From Candidatus Wolfebacteria bacterium RIFOXYD12_FULL_48_21 (GTDB lineage Bacteria > Patescibacteriota > Minisyncoccia > UBA6257 > UBA9933), in the NCBI GenBank assembly GCA_001793945.1, contig MGIW01000004.1:26843-90842 (forward strand): a stretch of DNA of 64,000 nt, given 5' to 3'. The notes under the pieces are model-generated. The model saw only the letters and a list, made by a program, of their open reading frames with translations. It was not told the origin of the DNA and did not search any database. A program made the position numbers and the translations under genes. Positions within the stretch are counted from its first letter, which is position 1. Each line of letters begins with the position of its first letter. Shown here in pieces: positions 46,777 to 57,084 of the stretch.

Positions 46777-49014
46777 ATGAAAACATTCAAACGACTGACA
46801 ATTGGGTTTAAAATAATGAGCGCGCTGACCGCGATTTTATTATTGGTAATCGGAACGAGCGTGGCGACATTTATTATGCAAAAAAACCGCATATCCGATG
46901 CGATATTTGCGGAGCTGACGCTTATAAACAATGCGTCGCGCGTCGTACTGCTCGATGTAATAGACGGCATACAGCGCCGAACGATAGACTTTTCTTCTGA
47001 TGGATTCATTCGGGATGCTACGCAAGAAATAGTACGAACCGGGAAACAAGAAGTGATCGACGCGCTCGGGGAACACCTCAAGAAAAACAAACTTGCGCTT
47101 GACTCGGCAATGTACGGCATCAATATATTAGATCGTTCCGGCACGGTAGTCGCATCCACCGATGCGCAGGAAATAGGCAAGGACGGATCACAATATGTTA
47201 AAGAACTGCAATCGGAAGATTTTATCTTTGGCGCCACGCAAGTAAGCGACTTTATTGCAACGGACAGTTTTGGGGTCTCTACGATCGCTTTGGCGGTAGC
47301 GGCACCGCTCACTGATAAGATCGACGGAAAACGGATCGGCACATTGGTAAGTTTTATCAAAGCGGGTAGCGTTGCCGACGCACTAAAGATCAAAAGTGAT
47401 CTGTTCATAGGGATTGACGAGCGATATGCATCTATGAACCTATTTTTGGTAAATAAGGACGGCTATGTCATTGATGACCAGTTTTTCAATGGCATGCGTT
47501 TGACGCGCCAAGCCGATATTGCCACAATTCTGCAATGCAGTTCGCAAAAAAGTTACACGAATGCGCAGGGAGATGAGGTCATCAGTGCCGCTCTGTGCAT
47601 GGAAAATGGCTGGACGCTGGTGACGGAAATTTCGGAAACGCAGGCCATGCAATCGATAGAAGAGACGCGTCAAAGTCTGATCTATTTGGCGGCGATACTC
47701 TCTTTATTGATACTAGGAATCATCTATCTTGTGAAAAAAAGGATCGTCGACCCCATTAAAGTGCTCGCATATGCCGCACAAAGGATGGGTGAAGGGGATT
47801 TTGATATACGAACCCATATCGGGACATCCGATGAGCTGGGCGATCTTAGCGCGGCGTTTAACGATACCGCCGAGAAACTGAGGGATTCCCATATCGTGCT
47901 TGCCAAAAAAATACGCGAAGTAACGGAAGATTTTAAAAAATTCAAGCTGGCCGTAGATGGCACATCGGACCATGTTATCATTACCGATATGAATGGAGCG
48001 ATACTCTATGCGAATAGGGCTGCGGAATTGACCACAGGGTATACACGCAAAGAAATCATCGGGAGCACTCCGGCCCTGTGGGGAAAGCAAATGCCGCAAG
48101 AATTTTATAAAACCATGTGGAGCGCCATTAAGGAACAGCGCAAAAGCTTCTCTGGTGAAATAACCAACAAACGCAAGGATGGACAGCTCTATGTAGCCGA
48201 AACGCATATCTCTCCGCTTTTTGACGAGCAAAACAACCCTTACGGGTTCGTGGGAGTGGAGCGGGATATTACGCGGCAAAAGGAAATTGACAAATCAAAG
48301 ACGGAATTCGTCTCCATCGCATCCCATCAGCTGCGCACGCCATTGACCATCATTAATTGGTATATTGAAATGCTGTCCGACCAGCAAGGCGCAGCGCTTT
48401 CCGAAAAGCAAAGACAATATCTTGAAGAAATAACGCACGCGAGCAAACGCATGATTGAGCTAGTCAACGCCTTGCTGAATGTTTCACGCATCGACATGGG
48501 AACATTTATGGTAGATGTGGAACCGCTTGATTTTTCACTTGTAATGGATGATGTACTGAAAGATCTGTCGCTGCAGATCGCACAGAAGGACCTGCACATC
48601 GCAAAGAATTACGACAGATCACTACCCCGTATCAATGCTGATCTGAAGTTGCTGCGCATCATTTTCCAAAACCTACTCACGAACGCAATCAAATATACGC
48701 AGAACGGTGGTTCCATCATGATCGAATTAAATAAAAGAAGTTCAAGCATTACAATCAGCGTAATCGATGACGGATTCGGCATTCCAGTGCACCAGCAAAA
48801 CAAGATATTCTCGAAGTTCTTTCGGGCAGACAATGCGCGGGAAAAGGAGCCTGATGGAAACGGACTTGGTCTGTATATCGTGAAATCGCTCGTGGAACAT
48901 TCCGGCGGAAGAATATGGTTCATATCGGAAGAAAACAAAGGAACGGCATTCCATGTGGAAATTCCGCTTGCAGGCATGAGGGCAAAGGAAGGCTCCAAGC
49001 CGCTGGCAGCCTGA
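46777..49014 (+). CDS. Sensor histidine kinase (Cache-like, HAMP, PAS, HisKA, HATPase)
   Basis: Two TMs; DELGDL..AFN HAMP; ASHQLRTPL, NLLTNAIKY, DDGFGI, GLGL. Confidence 0.93.
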   Translation: MKTFKRLTIGFKIMSALTAILLLVIGTSVATFIMQKNRISDAIFAELTLINNASRVVLLDVIDGIQRRTIDFSSDGFIRDATQEIVRTGKQEVIDALGEHLKKNKLALDSAMYGINILDRSGTVVASTDAQEIGKDGSQYVKELQSEDFIFGATQVSDFIATDSFGVSTIALAVAAPLTDKIDGKRIGTLVSFIKAGSVADALKIKSDLFIGIDERYASMNLFLVNKDGYVIDDQFFNGMRLTRQADIATILQCSSQKSYTNAQGDEVISAALCMENGWTLVTEISETQAMQSIEETRQSLIYLAAILSLLILGIIYLVKKRIVDPIKVLAYAAQRMGEGDFDIRTHIGTSDELGDLSAAFNDTAEKLRDSHIVLAKKIREVTEDFKKFKLAVDGTSDHVIITDMNGAILYANRAAELTTGYTRKEIIGSTPALWGKQMPQEFYKTMWSAIKEQRKSFSGEITNKRKDGQLYVAETHISPLFDEQNNPYGFVGVERDITRQKEIDKSKTEFVSIASHQLRTPLTIINWYIEMLSDQQGAALSEKQRQYLEEITHASKRMIELVNALLNVSRIDMGTFMVDVEPLDFSLVMDDVLKDLSLQIAQKDLHIAKNYDRSLPRINADLKLLRIIFQNLLTNAIKYTQNGGSIMIELNKRSSSITISVIDDGFGIPVHQQNKIFSKFFRADNAREKEPDGNGLGLYIVKSLVEHSGGRIWFISEENKGTAFHVEIPLAGMRAKEGSKPLAA

Positions 49015-49065
49015 CTCGGACAATGGTGGAGTTTTTGTTTGAGGAGCAGTATACTGAATATACTT

Positions 49066-49464
49066 ATGAACAAAAAAGAACTTGCCGACATTCGAATACT
49101 GGTGACTGAGGACGAAGAATCCATGCTGTCCGCGCTTGCCGATAAGATACGCTATACCGGCTTTGCAGAGGCGCTTACGGCCCGCAACGGAGAAGAAGGC
49201 CTTAAGATCGCACTGCAAGAGCACCCGGACCTGCTACTCGTCGATATTTTGATGCCTAAAATGGACGGCATCACGATGATAAAAAGGATCCGCGAAGATG
49301 CGTGGGGCAAAAGCGCGAAGATCATCCTGCTGACGAACTTCGACACGACCGATGAAATGCTGAAAGATGTAGCGCTCATCGAACCGTCGTATTATCTCCT
49401 TAAGTCGAACTGGAGTATAGACGATGTCATGACAAAAATAAAAGAAGTATTAGAACTATTATGA
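49066..49464 (+). CDS. Single-domain response regulator (receiver only)
   Basis: ILVTEDE, PDLLLVDILMPKMDG, LLTN, YYLLK. Confidence 0.9.
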   Translation: MNKKELADIRILVTEDEESMLSALADKIRYTGFAEALTARNGEEGLKIALQEHPDLLLVDILMPKMDGITMIKRIREDAWGKSAKIILLTNFDTTDEMLKDVALIEPSYYLLKSNWSIDDVMTKIKEVLELL

Positions 49465-50276
49465 CAGACCAAACAAACACCATCATTAAAAACGGCATGC
49501 GGGTGATCGGCGCGATCGCCGTAGCCGTTATCGCATATTCCGGATTGGTGTACGCCCGCGCATACTCGGAGTCCATCCAGCCGTCATCGTTTCGCAGTTT
49601 TTCGGTAAGCGGGGAAGGGAAGCTGACTGCAATCCCGGATGTGGCCGAGTTTTCATTTGGCGTGATAACGCAGGGCGGAAAGAATATTGCCGATGTGCAG
49701 AAACAAAATACCGAAAAAATGAACGCGCTGGTCGGCTTCATTAAATCGCAAGGAGTAAAGGACGAGGACATCAAGACCCAGCAGTTCAGTATCGAGCCAC
49801 GCTACCAATATTATGATTGCTCATCGCGGGTGATCATGAGTATCGGATCGGAACCAACCCCATGTCCGCCGCCCGATATCGTCGGCTATACCATCACACA
49901 AAGCGCATTGGTAAAGGTTCGCGATTTCGACAAGATTGGAGCAATTATGGGCGAGCTTTCGCAAAAGGGCGCAAACTCCGTATCACAGCTTTCGTTCACC
50001 ATAGACGATAAAACACGCATAGAAAGCGAGGCGCGTGAAGAAGCGATCAAACAGGCCCAAGACAAGGCGCGCTCCATAGCAAAGACCGGCGATTTCAAGA
50101 TAGGCAAACTGCTTACGATAACCGAAAATGTATACCAACCCGTACCAATGTACCGTGATGCGGTCGGAGGGTATGGAAAAGCGCTTTCCATGGAAGTGGC
50201 TCCTGTGGCACCTTCCATAGAACCCGGCTCGCAAGAGGTTTCCATTACCGTTTATCTCAGCTACGAAATACGCTAA
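49461..50276 (+). CDS. SIMPL domain (DUF541) protein
   Basis: SVSGEG...PDVA, DIKTQ..I.PRY, GANSV..LSF, AI..A..KA, IEPGSQEV. Confidence 0.92.
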   Translation: MTDQTNTIIKNGMRVIGAIAVAVIAYSGLVYARAYSESIQPSSFRSFSVSGEGKLTAIPDVAEFSFGVITQGGKNIADVQKQNTEKMNALVGFIKSQGVKDEDIKTQQFSIEPRYQYYDCSSRVIMSIGSEPTPCPPPDIVGYTITQSALVKVRDFDKIGAIMGELSQKGANSVSQLSFTIDDKTRIESEAREEAIKQAQDKARSIAKTGDFKIGKLLTITENVYQPVPMYRDAVGGYGKALSMEVAPVAPSIEPGSQEVSITVYLSYEIR

Positions 50277-50318
50277 GCGCACAAAGACAGCTCCCACAAG
50301 GGGCTGTTTTTATATATT

Positions 50319-50346
50319 TTGACAAACGCTTTGCCGGGGGTATACT
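50319..50346 (+). promoter_or_regulatory. Sigma70-type promoter of the PhoH gene
   Basis: TTGACA-16 nt-TATACT. Confidence 0.6.
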
Positions 50347-50418
50347 GCAAGTAGAATATTGTCAGCTACATATTGGAATGGTATAGCACACATTCACTAC
50401 TTGCAAAGGGAGGGTGTC

Positions 50419-51897
50419 ATGTCAAAACCGGAGATACCAAGGGTGGCGTTTTTTATCGATACCAATGTACTATTGCATGATCGGGAATGCCTTTCGAAAT
50501 TTGGGTATAACATCGTCGTTATCCCGATCTGGGCATTGGAAGAGCTCGATAAGTTCAAAAAACATCAGGATGAACTGGGCGCCAACGCCCGGGAAATATC
50601 GCGTCAGCTCGAAAAGCTTCGCGAACACGGCTCGCTCGCAAAAGGAGCACCGACCGAAACGGGAGGATTGTTGTTTGTTGATTACAACGGAACCGACTTC
50701 AACAAACTGCCGGTCGGCCTGTTGCGCAATAATGACAACAGGATCATTCTCGTCGCGAAGGCGTGGCAAGAAAAACTGGACAAATTAAAAAAAGGCGCAA
50801 AGCAAAAGGAGCCAAGACCAAAATACTCCGAGGTGATCATTGTTTCCAAAGATATAAACCTGCGTCTTAAAGCAGATGCATGTGGCATCACTGCCCAGGA
50901 TTATTTGGGCGATAAAACGATAGAGCGCATCGAAATGCTCTACTCCGGCATGGAAACGCATGTACTGCCAAATCGCATGAAGTTCGTCTTGAATGATCAT
51001 ACGGTGCGTCAGCAGGGGCTCATACCCGCAAAGGCATTGGCCGACACGCTACGACTGGACGATATTCATGCGAATGCATGCTGTCAATTCAGAGTAGATA
51101 AAACGACGGTCAACGCGATCTACAAAAAGGCCACCAGATGCTTTCGCATCGAACGAAAGATGGGGCCTGCCCGAAAATGCCTCGTGATGCCAAGTAATAT
51201 AGAGCAGCGGTTCGCCTATGAACTGCTCATGGACCCCGAGATCTCGATCGTAACACTCAATGGCAAGGCAGGATCCGGCAAAACGCTTATGGCGCTATTG
51301 GCGGGGTACGAACAGCTCGAGGATGTATATGACCAATTGCTCGTGTATCGCCCTTGCCACGAAATAGGGGCGCCACTGGGATTCAGACCCGGTAGTACCG
51401 AGGAAAAGTTCGACCCATTCACGCTTCCGATCTTCGATAACATGAAACTCCTTCTGGACGCAAGGGTGAGCCTGTGTGCCACCGGACAACAAGGAGGAAA
51501 ACATGTTGCCAAAGGGTTCAAAGAGCTAAGGGAACCAAAGGAATCCAAAAATGGATCCTACGCTAAGGTAAAGGATCTGATCACAAAAGGGTTGCTCGAC
51601 ATAGGGCCCATCAATCACATCCGCGGAAGAAGCATCGCAAGGTCATTTATCATCGTCGATGAATCGCAAAATCTCACCCCGCTCGAGGTAAAGACCATCA
51701 TCTCGCGCGCCGGCGAAGGCACAAAGGTCGTACTGACCGGCGATGTCTACCAAATAGACAACCCACTGGTCGACTCGATCTCAAACGGTCTGTCGCACAC
51801 GGTCGAGCGGCTCAAAGGTTCGGAACTGGCAGGGCATATCACGCTCCTCAAGTGCGAACGGTCCAACCTCGCAGAGCTTGCAGCAACGCTCCTGTAA
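50419..51897 (+). CDS. PIN-PhoH (PhoH2/YlaK-like) protein
   Basis: DTNVLL, EELD, NDNRII, SKDINLRLKA; GKAGSGKT, IRGRS, DESQN, GDVYQID; SD GGGAGGG. Confidence 0.92.
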   Translation: MSKPEIPRVAFFIDTNVLLHDRECLSKFGYNIVVIPIWALEELDKFKKHQDELGANAREISRQLEKLREHGSLAKGAPTETGGLLFVDYNGTDFNKLPVGLLRNNDNRIILVAKAWQEKLDKLKKGAKQKEPRPKYSEVIIVSKDINLRLKADACGITAQDYLGDKTIERIEMLYSGMETHVLPNRMKFVLNDHTVRQQGLIPAKALADTLRLDDIHANACCQFRVDKTTVNAIYKKATRCFRIERKMGPARKCLVMPSNIEQRFAYELLMDPEISIVTLNGKAGSGKTLMALLAGYEQLEDVYDQLLVYRPCHEIGAPLGFRPGSTEEKFDPFTLPIFDNMKLLLDARVSLCATGQQGGKHVAKGFKELREPKESKNGSYAKVKDLITKGLLDIGPINHIRGRSIARSFIIVDESQNLTPLEVKTIISRAGEGTKVVLTGDVYQIDNPLVDSISNGLSHTVERLKGSELAGHITLLKCERSNLAELAATLL

Positions 51898-52026
51898 CAT
51901 TCCATACGCATTACAAATACCAAGGTCCCGCATCCACGCGGGATCTTTTTTATGCCTCGCCGTTGTAGGGCATGGTACTATCGGATATACTATAAGGAGT
52001 AACACATTTGGGGAGAAGATTTATTT

Positions 52027-53694
52027 ATGCACAAAATTATTGTACTGCTAAAAAGCAAGTTGTTCATTGCGCTCGCGTCAGTCGCGGTCATTATCGGCGG
52101 CTATACCATCTATCAAAACACGCGCCCGCAGACATACCCGACCGTACCGGTAAGCCGTGGCGCCATTCGCGAAGAGGTGAACATTACCGGCAAGGTGAAG
52201 CCGGCACAAAACCTCGATATCGCATTCGAAAAGGGCGGCCGCGTTTCACGCATCCGTGTCAAAGTAGGCGATGCGGTGCGGGCAGGCCAAGAGGTCATAC
52301 AATTAGATAATGCGGATCTCTATGCCCAGCTTGCCCAAGCGCGGGCAAATGTCCGTTCGCAAGAAACAAAGCTTGAACAGCTCACCATAGGCGCTCGCCA
52401 AGAAGACCTTGCCATATCGCAGGCACGCGTAGACAACGCAAAGATAGCACTCGCCGATGCACAGCGCAATTTAGCGAATGTCACAGAAAAGGCGGCCATC
52501 GACCTTGCGAACACCTATAGCTCGGTATCCGACACACTGACGGACGCTTACACAAAATCGGACGATGCTATTCGCAATCAGATAGACAATCTTTTTTTGT
52601 ATGACGAAACGGATCGTCCGACGCTTTCGTTCGTTTCGTACAACAGTCAGGCAAAAATCGACTCGGAATCGGGGCGTGTGCGATCGACCGACCATCTGAA
52701 GGATTTTTCAAAAGAGCTGAATGCGATCAAAGGTACGAATGGAGACACGACCGGGCTGGATACGGCACTCGATAATGCGAAGATTCATTCGGGCATATTT
52801 TTGGATTTTTTCAGCGACCTGCAAGATGTGGTTAACAGTCCAAACAGTCTGAATGCCACAACACTCGCATCCTACCAGTCGGCCGTCTCGGCGGCGCGCA
52901 ACACCATCGTCACGACAGCGACAAATGTAAACAAACAACGCCAATCCATAGCGGCTCAAAAATCCACGAACCAAAGCGCCATATCAAATGCGCAAGCAAG
53001 TATCACAACTGCGCAAACCTCGCTTGACCAAGCAGAACGCGAACTAACCCTAAAAATAGCGGGTGCTTCGGCGCAGGACATAGCATATCAAAAAAGTCAG
53101 GTAGAAAACGCACGGGCAAATGCCGATTACTATCAGGCACAAATAGACAAAACCATTCTCAAGGCGCCATTTTCGGGAACGGTAACCAAAGTCGTTCCAA
53201 CGATAGGGGATATCGTTTCACCCAATGTGTCCGTAATCTCGGTCATTGGATCAGGACGCTTTCTTATCGAATCCTATGTGGCTGAGGCGGATATCGCAAA
53301 GGTCAAGGTCGGCAACACGGCCAAAGTGACTCTCGACGCGTATGGCTCGGATGTCATATTCGATGCGCAGGTCATATTGATAGACCTATCGGCGACCACA
53401 CTTGAAGGTGTCGCCACCTACAAGACCACCTTTGAGTTCGTACAGGAAGATGTCCGCATTCTTTCTGGACTTACGGCAAACATAGATGTTCTGTCGGGTG
53501 AGCGCGCAAATGTACTATACGCGCCGACGAGAAATATCACTTCGCGAAGCGGAGCCAAATATATAAAACTGCTTACTAACAGAGCAAAGGGAATCGTCGA
53601 AGAGGTCGAGGTGGTCACCGGATTGCGTGGGTCCGACGGGCGCACGGAAATCGTTTCGGGAGTAAAGGAGGGCGACGCCATAGTAACAAATTGA
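52027..53694 (+). CDS. Membrane fusion / efflux adaptor protein (MacA-like) with long coiled coil
   Basis: N-anchor; VKVGDAVRAGQ lipoyl half, KAPFSGTV, EADIAKVKVG, EIVSGVKEGD. Confidence 0.9.
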   Translation: MHKIIVLLKSKLFIALASVAVIIGGYTIYQNTRPQTYPTVPVSRGAIREEVNITGKVKPAQNLDIAFEKGGRVSRIRVKVGDAVRAGQEVIQLDNADLYAQLAQARANVRSQETKLEQLTIGARQEDLAISQARVDNAKIALADAQRNLANVTEKAAIDLANTYSSVSDTLTDAYTKSDDAIRNQIDNLFLYDETDRPTLSFVSYNSQAKIDSESGRVRSTDHLKDFSKELNAIKGTNGDTTGLDTALDNAKIHSGIFLDFFSDLQDVVNSPNSLNATTLASYQSAVSAARNTIVTTATNVNKQRQSIAAQKSTNQSAISNAQASITTAQTSLDQAERELTLKIAGASAQDIAYQKSQVENARANADYYQAQIDKTILKAPFSGTVTKVVPTIGDIVSPNVSVISVIGSGRFLIESYVAEADIAKVKVGNTAKVTLDAYGSDVIFDAQVILIDLSATTLEGVATYKTTFEFVQEDVRILSGLTANIDVLSGERANVLYAPTRNITSRSGAKYIKLLTNRAKGIVEEVEVVTGLRGSDGRTEIVSGVKEGDAIVTN

Positions 53695-53703
53695 TAGGCA
53701 CAT

Positions 53704-54474
53704 ATGCATGAAACAAATAGCGCAAGCAAAGAAAAACATTCCCATAAAGATCGTCCACTCGTTCTTTCAACAAAGCACCTGCGAAAGGTGTACATGATCG
53801 AGGACATAGAGGCGGTAGCGCTGCGCGACATATCCCTTGATATTCACGAGGGGGAATTTGTATCCATCATGGGTCCGTCAGGGTCGGGAAAATCAACCTT
53901 ACTGCAGATACTCGGCTGCTTGGAGCGGCCAACTGAAGGAGCCTATCTGCTCGACGGGAAAGATCTCGAACATTATTCCGACGATGAACTCGCGCGAATA
54001 CGCAATAAAAAGATCGGATTTGTGTTTCAAGCGTTCAATCTCTTGCCGCGTCTTTCGGTCATCGAAAATGTAAAGCTTCCGCTTGTCTATGCCGACATCC
54101 GCGAACCGGAACGCACGAATATTGCCCGCGATATCATCCGCATGGTCGGCCTGTCCGAGCGGGAGCAATTTCCTACGGTAAAGCTGTCCGGCGGACAAAA
54201 ACAGCGGGTAGCCATCGCGCGCGCACTGGTAAACGATCCGAAGGTAATTTTTGCCGATGAGCCCACCGGGAGCCTTGATTCAAAATCAGGAGCCGTCATC
54301 TTGCAGTTCCTGCAGGATCTGCACGAACAGGGTCATACCATTGTCATGGTCACGCATGAATCTTATGTTGCGGCGGTCGCCGAACGCATCATCCATATAA
54401 AAGACGGGCTTATTGAAAGTGATGAATGGGTCGAACATCGCCATCGGGTAAAAAATGACGATCTGATCAAATAA
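53704..54474 (+). CDS. ABC transporter ATP-binding protein (MacB/LolD type)
   Basis: [35 protein letters not shown]. Confidence 0.95.
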   Translation: MHETNSASKEKHSHKDRPLVLSTKHLRKVYMIEDIEAVALRDISLDIHEGEFVSIMGPSGSGKSTLLQILGCLERPTEGAYLLDGKDLEHYSDDELARIRNKKIGFVFQAFNLLPRLSVIENVKLPLVYADIREPERTNIARDIIRMVGLSEREQFPTVKLSGGQKQRVAIARALVNDPKVIFADEPTGSLDSKSGAVILQFLQDLHEQGHTIVMVTHESYVAAVAERIIHIKDGLIESDEWVEHRHRVKNDDLIK

Positions 54475-54478
54475 ATAC

Positions 54479-55720
54479 ATGCGATTATGGGACACGGTTC
54501 ATATGGCGACTATCGGTTTGGCGACGCATCGTTCGCGTTCATTGTTGACCATCCTTGGCATCGTCATCGGCATCGGGGCGATCATTGTGGTCGTCGCATT
54601 GGGTGAAAGCGCGAAACAGCTTATTGTAGGCGAGATCCAAAACATGGGTCCTAAGAACATATTTGTCGTTCCCGGTCGGGCGCCTACCGATATTGGCGGA
54701 GCAGGGTCGACCCTGTTCATCGACTCGCTTCGGGAAAAGGATTTGAACGACCTCAAGGAGCGCGCGAATGTTCCGAATGCGCTATCCGTAACACCAATCG
54801 TCTTCGGCAACATTACATCCACCTATGAAAACGAATCCTACATGGGCTTGGTCATGGGCAGTACGCCCGATCTCGTTCGCCTGTTCGATCTGACCCTCGC
54901 AAGCGGGGATTTCTTTCCCGAAGAAAGCGTACGACAAAAGGAGGATGTGGTCGTGATAGGAAAAAAGGTTGCAGACGAATTGTTCCCGACACAAGACCCG
55001 ATCGGCAAAAAAATAAAGATCAAGGGAAAGAACTATCGCGTCATGGGCGTATTTGGGCAGAAGGGCCAAGGTTCGTTCGTGAATTTCGATGAGACCGTGG
55101 TCGTTCCCTATACGGTCGTGCAGCAATACATTTTGGGCATAAAGCATTTCCAGCGCATGGTCGTGGAAGTGGACGAAGAAGGAAACATCGCGAATGCAGC
55201 GCGCGACATAGAAACGCTCTTGCGTAATAATCACAACATAGATGATCCCGAAAAGGACGATTTTTTCATCATGACGCAAGATGATATCGTGCAGCGCATC
55301 GGAACCGTGACTGACATCATGACACTGCTATTATCCGCGGTTGCGGCGATATCGCTGATCGTTGGCGGAGTTGGCATCATGAACATCATGCTTGTTTCCG
55401 TCATGGAACGCACCCGAGAGATCGGTTTGCGCAAGGCACTTGGCGCGACCAACAAGGATATTTTGCGCCAGTTCCTTTCCGAAGCGATTATTCTTACGGT
55501 CAGCGGCGGCATCATTGGCGTAGGAATCGGAGTGACCATCGGCATCGCGCTTTCGCTGATTATCAATTATGTCTTTGGCATCGCCTTCTCCTTTTCATTC
55601 CCCGTAGGCGGCGCAATAGCGGGACTTCTTGTTTCCACGGTGGTCGGCTTTGCCTTTGGCATCTTCCCTGCGCGGCAAGCATCGCGCAAAAGCCCCATGG
55701 AAGCGCTTCGCTACGAATGA
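54479..55720 (+). CDS. ABC transporter permease (MacB/FtsX type), copy 1
   Basis: RSLLTILGIVIG, ISLIVGGVGIMNIM, ERTREIGLRKALGA, PARQAS..P.EALR. Confidence 0.95.
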   Translation: MRLWDTVHMATIGLATHRSRSLLTILGIVIGIGAIIVVVALGESAKQLIVGEIQNMGPKNIFVVPGRAPTDIGGAGSTLFIDSLREKDLNDLKERANVPNALSVTPIVFGNITSTYENESYMGLVMGSTPDLVRLFDLTLASGDFFPEESVRQKEDVVVIGKKVADELFPTQDPIGKKIKIKGKNYRVMGVFGQKGQGSFVNFDETVVVPYTVVQQYILGIKHFQRMVVEVDEEGNIANAARDIETLLRNNHNIDDPEKDDFFIMTQDDIVQRIGTVTDIMTLLLSAVAAISLIVGGVGIMNIMLVSVMERTREIGLRKALGATNKDILRQFLSEAIILTVSGGIIGVGIGVTIGIALSLIINYVFGIAFSFSFPVGGAIAGLLVSTVVGFAFGIFPARQASRKSPMEALRYE

Positions 55721-55741
55721 TGCAAATTTTATGAAGCGGAT

Positions 55742-55823
55742 TGTCATTCCGATCCGCCAGCCGGCGGACGAGGAATCTGTTGCCATAAAAAGCTACAGAT
55801 CCCTCGACAAGCTCGGGATGACA
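55742..55823. repeat. TGTC-type palindromic repeat
   Basis: TGTCATTCCGA-TCCGCCAGCCGGCGGA-CGAGGAATCT...AGATCCCTCG..TCGGGATGACA. Confidence 0.85.
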
Positions 55824-55841
55824 AAAGATACTACACATACT

Positions 55842-57083
55842 ATGACCAATAACGACAGGATCAAAACCGCATATGAAGGAGTCATCATGCATCGCTCGCG
55901 TTCATTGTTGACCATCCTCGGCATCGTCATTGGCATCACATCGATCATTCTTATTCTTGCAATAGGAGCCAGTGCTCAAGAGCTTGTGCTCCGCGAGGTG
56001 CAGACCTTCGGGCCAAAGAATGTATTTGTACTTCCGGGAAAACAACCGGAGGGTTTTTCGGGGTTTGCAGGATCGATCATGAATGATTCATTGCAGGAAC
56101 GGGATGTTACAGCACTCAGAAGAAAGGAAAATGTTCCCGATGCCGCGGTGGTCATGCCATATATGGAAGGAAGCGTTACGGCAACATACCGTTCCCAATT
56201 GTTCGGCGGCGCATTGCTGGGTGGTGAAAAGGATATATTCCGCCTGTTCCAACTTGAACTCGCCGATGGAGAGATATTCTCCGACGAAGATGTCGCGCAA
56301 CAGGCGGGCGTGGTCATACTCGGCACCCGCGTCGCGGAAAAACTGTTCGATACCGAAGACCCAATCGGCAAACATATCAAAATAAAGGATAAAAATTATC
56401 GCGTCATCGGAGTGTTGCGCAAAAAGGGTCAGGGCGCGGCGGCGGCATACGACGACGCATTCATCATGCCGTATACGACGGTGCAGCAGTATGTCATGGG
56501 CGTCCATTATATAAGCCATATTATCGTCGAGGCAAAAACGGAGGGATCGATTCCCGCGATGGTGCGCGATATTAAAACGACCATGCGTGAAAGTCACGAT
56601 ATAAAAGACACGACCAAAGACGATTTTTATACCATGACCATGGAAGACGCGGCAGCACTCTTTACGACCATTACGGATGTTCTGACGATCCTACTCACGG
56701 CAATCGCGGCCATATCGCTAATCGTCGGCGGAGTGGGCATTATGAACATCATGTTCGTATCGGTCACCGAACGCACACGCGAGATAGGGCTGCGTAAGGC
56801 GGTTGGCGCAACGGATCAGGACATACTGCGGCAGTTTTTATTCGAAGCGCTGATACTGACACTGACCGGAGCGATCATTGGCATTATGATCGGCTGGGGC
56901 GGAGGCATCGTCATTACCTTTATCCTTGGAGCGACCTATGGTATGGATTTTAATTTTTTCTTTCCCTTTCAGGGCGCGCTGATCGGCGTGATCGTTGCCA
57001 TGACGATCGGTTTTATATTTGGCATCTTTCCCGCGCGACAGGCGGCAAGAAAAAGCCCCATGGAAGCGCTTCGCGCAGAATAA
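55842..57083 (+). CDS. ABC transporter permease (MacB/FtsX type), copy 2
   Basis: Same motifs as copy 1; start set to ATG 55842 by alignment with the paralog. Confidence 0.93.
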   Translation: MTNNDRIKTAYEGVIMHRSRSLLTILGIVIGITSIILILAIGASAQELVLREVQTFGPKNVFVLPGKQPEGFSGFAGSIMNDSLQERDVTALRRKENVPDAAVVMPYMEGSVTATYRSQLFGGALLGGEKDIFRLFQLELADGEIFSDEDVAQQAGVVILGTRVAEKLFDTEDPIGKHIKIKDKNYRVIGVLRKKGQGAAAAYDDAFIMPYTTVQQYVMGVHYISHIIVEAKTEGSIPAMVRDIKTTMRESHDIKDTTKDDFYTMTMEDAAALFTTITDVLTILLTAIAAISLIVGGVGIMNIMFVSVTERTREIGLRKAVGATDQDILRQFLFEALILTLTGAIIGIMIGWGGGIVITFILGATYGMDFNFFFPFQGALIGVIVAMTIGFIFGIFPARQAARKSPMEALRAE

Positions 57084-57084
57084 T

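Noticed and set aside
55629-55841. Apparent N-terminal extension or frameshift fusion of permease 2 (and likewise of dinB from 57019)
   Set aside because: The extensions are the alternative frame of the paralogous permease 3' ends plus repeat sequence; alignment supports starts at 55842 and 57085.
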